A stretch of DNA of 61,135 bases, filler included. It is 7 parts of 7 records of this genome, joined end to end, with 100 filler letters (N's around TTAATTAATTAA, not from the genome) between each part and the next. Parts side by side here need not be neighbours in the genome. Positions count along the whole stretch, not along the records: positions 55,432 to 61,135 come from SRR31156797_1418; 6 more parts are not named here. One strand, 5' to 3'. The notes under the pieces are model-generated. The model was given only the letters and a program-made list of their open reading frames with translations. It was not told the origin of the DNA and did no database searches. The position numbers were made by a program, and so were the translations under genes. Of the stretch, positions 59,743 through 61,135 are shown one piece after another. How positions within the stretch are numbered: position 1 is the first letter of the stretch; every line of letters begins with the position of its first letter.

Positions 59743-60435
59743 CTATTTTTCTTGAATAATTTTAATTGTTCTTGCTGGTTTACAATCTTTGAAAAGAATA
59801 CAGTCATTTCTTTTATTGTGTACATAAGTTGCTCTTGCACTTGAAATGATTCTTCCAGTAATATTGTCAATTACTCTTGCATTTAAAATTACTTTACCAA
59901 ACTGTCTTGAATAAGTACCAACTACAACATAAGTATTTGGAATTTGGTCTTTTAATTTATAAGGATTTCTTGTAATAAAATACTCACCTTTTTCATTAAT
60001 AGAAACTGCCATTTGACCTCTATATTCAATTACATTGAAGCCTCTATTTGACATCTCATTAATCATACTCTCACTTACAATTCTTCCAAACTCAGTAGTC
60101 TTTTTAAAATTATCTAATCTAACAAAAGAAGTAATAAGAACTGGCTTACTAGTGTTCATCTTTTTATTTCTCATCATTTGAGTTGCTAAAGAATTGATTG
60201 AACCTTCTAGTGTTCTTTGATTGATTACGTTGTATTGTAAGTCTTGAGCTATTTTCATATGCTCCTTAGTAACTTGAACCTTGTTGTTTTCTTTGATTAC
60301 AGTATATTCATTTTCAGCATCAACTGATTGTACTTTTTGTCCTGTTGCACCATTTACAGACGAATGAGAAACACATCCAGAAAATAAACTAAGTGCTGCT
60401 ACAGCAAGACAAGCTTTAGCAAAAGTCTTAAGCAT
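59743..60435 (-). CDS. FlgO-domain lipoprotein
   Basis: Lipobox FSGC; ITSFV, FGRIVSE, VVGTYS, NARVID..TGRIISSA. Confidence 0.8.
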   Translation of the reverse strand: MLKTFAKACLAVAALSLFSGCVSHSSVNGATGQKVQSVDAENEYTVIKENNKVQVTKEHMKIAQDLQYNVINQRTLEGSINSLATQMMRNKKMNTSKPVLITSFVRLDNFKKTTEFGRIVSESMINEMSNRGFNVIEYRGQMAVSINEKGEYFITRNPYKLKDQIPNTYVVVGTYSRQFGKVILNARVIDNITGRIISSARATYVHNKRNDCILFKDCKPARTIKIIQEK

Positions 60436-60566
60436 AAAATCCCCTTTTTATAATTGCATAAATTTTATTTAAAAACAGCTTATAAATTCTTGAAAGCTCC
60501 TTGTTTCAGCATTTAGTAATTTAATATGTTTTATTTTAGAATATAAAAAATCTATGAGGAGATTAT

Positions 60567-61112
60567 ATGTCAAAAATAGTAATTCCAATTTCAAACGGTT
60601 TTGAAGAGATTGAAGCAATTTCAATCATAGATATTTGCAGACGAGCAAATATTGAAGTTGTTATTGCAGGAGTTGAAGCTTTAGAAACTATAGGAGCTCA
60701 CAACATAAAAGTAACAGCTGATTGTAAAATTGAAGACGTAAAAGAAGATGATTTTGATTTGATTGTTCTTCCAGGTGGCTTACCAAATGCCTTTACTCTA
60801 GCAGATAATGAACATGTTCAAAAACTTTTAAAAGAGTTTAAAGCAAGTGACAAATATATTGCAGCTATTTGTGCAGCACCTTATGCTTTACATAAAGCAG
60901 AAGTTTTAAATAAAAACTATACTTGTTATCCAAGTTTTGAGCAAAAAATAGTTCCTGAAAATTATATCAGTAATCAAAATATTGTAAAAGATGGAAATGT
61001 AATCACATCAAGGGGACCAGCAACAGCTATGGAGTTTGCCCTTGAAATAGTAAAACTTCTAAAGGGTGATGAAACATATGAAGAACTAAGAGAAGGTTTA
61101 TTAATTTTATAA
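60567..61112 (+). CDS. DJ-1/YajL (ThiJ) family protein
   Basis: GFEEIEA, LPGG, AAICAAP, ITSRGPATA. Confidence 0.94.
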   Translation: MSKIVIPISNGFEEIEAISIIDICRRANIEVVIAGVEALETIGAHNIKVTADCKIEDVKEDDFDLIVLPGGLPNAFTLADNEHVQKLLKEFKASDKYIAAICAAPYALHKAEVLNKNYTCYPSFEQKIVPENYISNQNIVKDGNVITSRGPATAMEFALEIVKLLKGDETYEELREGLLIL

Positions 61113-61135
61113 CTCTTTTTATTATAAATTAACAT

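Overview
The window is not one genome. It is seven unrelated contigs joined by artificial 100-nt spacers (44 N + TTAATTAATTAA + 44 N) at 5571-5670, 18202-18301, 26811-26910, 32712-32811, 45411-45510 and 55332-55431. Taxonomy below is inferred from protein style and base composition. (1) 1-5570, Methanosarcinales-like archaeon: DRTGG/Pta-family protein, acs, iron-sulfur flavoprotein, pgk, AMMECR1. (2) 5671-18201, Arcobacter-like: nadB, an uncalled small lipoprotein, DciA-like protein, M48 hydrolase, aminotransferase, CDF transporter, a four-gene cyclic-nucleotide module (MBL-GAF-HD-GYP phosphodiesterase, CHASE2 adenylate cyclase, TPR/beta-barrel protein, FecR-domain protein), a frameshifted AraC and an ABC-F. 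(3) 18302-26810, Planctomycetota-like: cohesin-like protein, a large cohesin/HYR/dockerin protein, MTAP, kdsA and the end of a mutA. (4) 26911-32711, plasmid-like: PAPS-reductase-family protein, DUF2958-like protein, HigBA, VbhA-like/Fic pair, thermonuclease, and a serine resolvase with a res site. (5, 6) 32812-55331, AT-rich anaerobe(s), possibly Fusobacteriota: TrxR/PDO, udk, xth, three chemoreceptors, gatB, and an alpha-galactoside operon with structured intergenic regions. (7) 55432-61135, Arcobacter-like: ccoG end, pyrG, recJ, two FlgO-like lipoproteins, DJ-1. The best candidates for under-described biology are the trans-envelope cAMP module, the non-cellulosomal cohesin/HYR/dockerin scaffold, the plasmid module (orphan PAPS reductase, Fic toxin with a T4SS-like tail), and a twin-loop structured RNA ahead of a sugar-binding-protein gene. 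No rRNA, tRNA or CRISPR array was seen.
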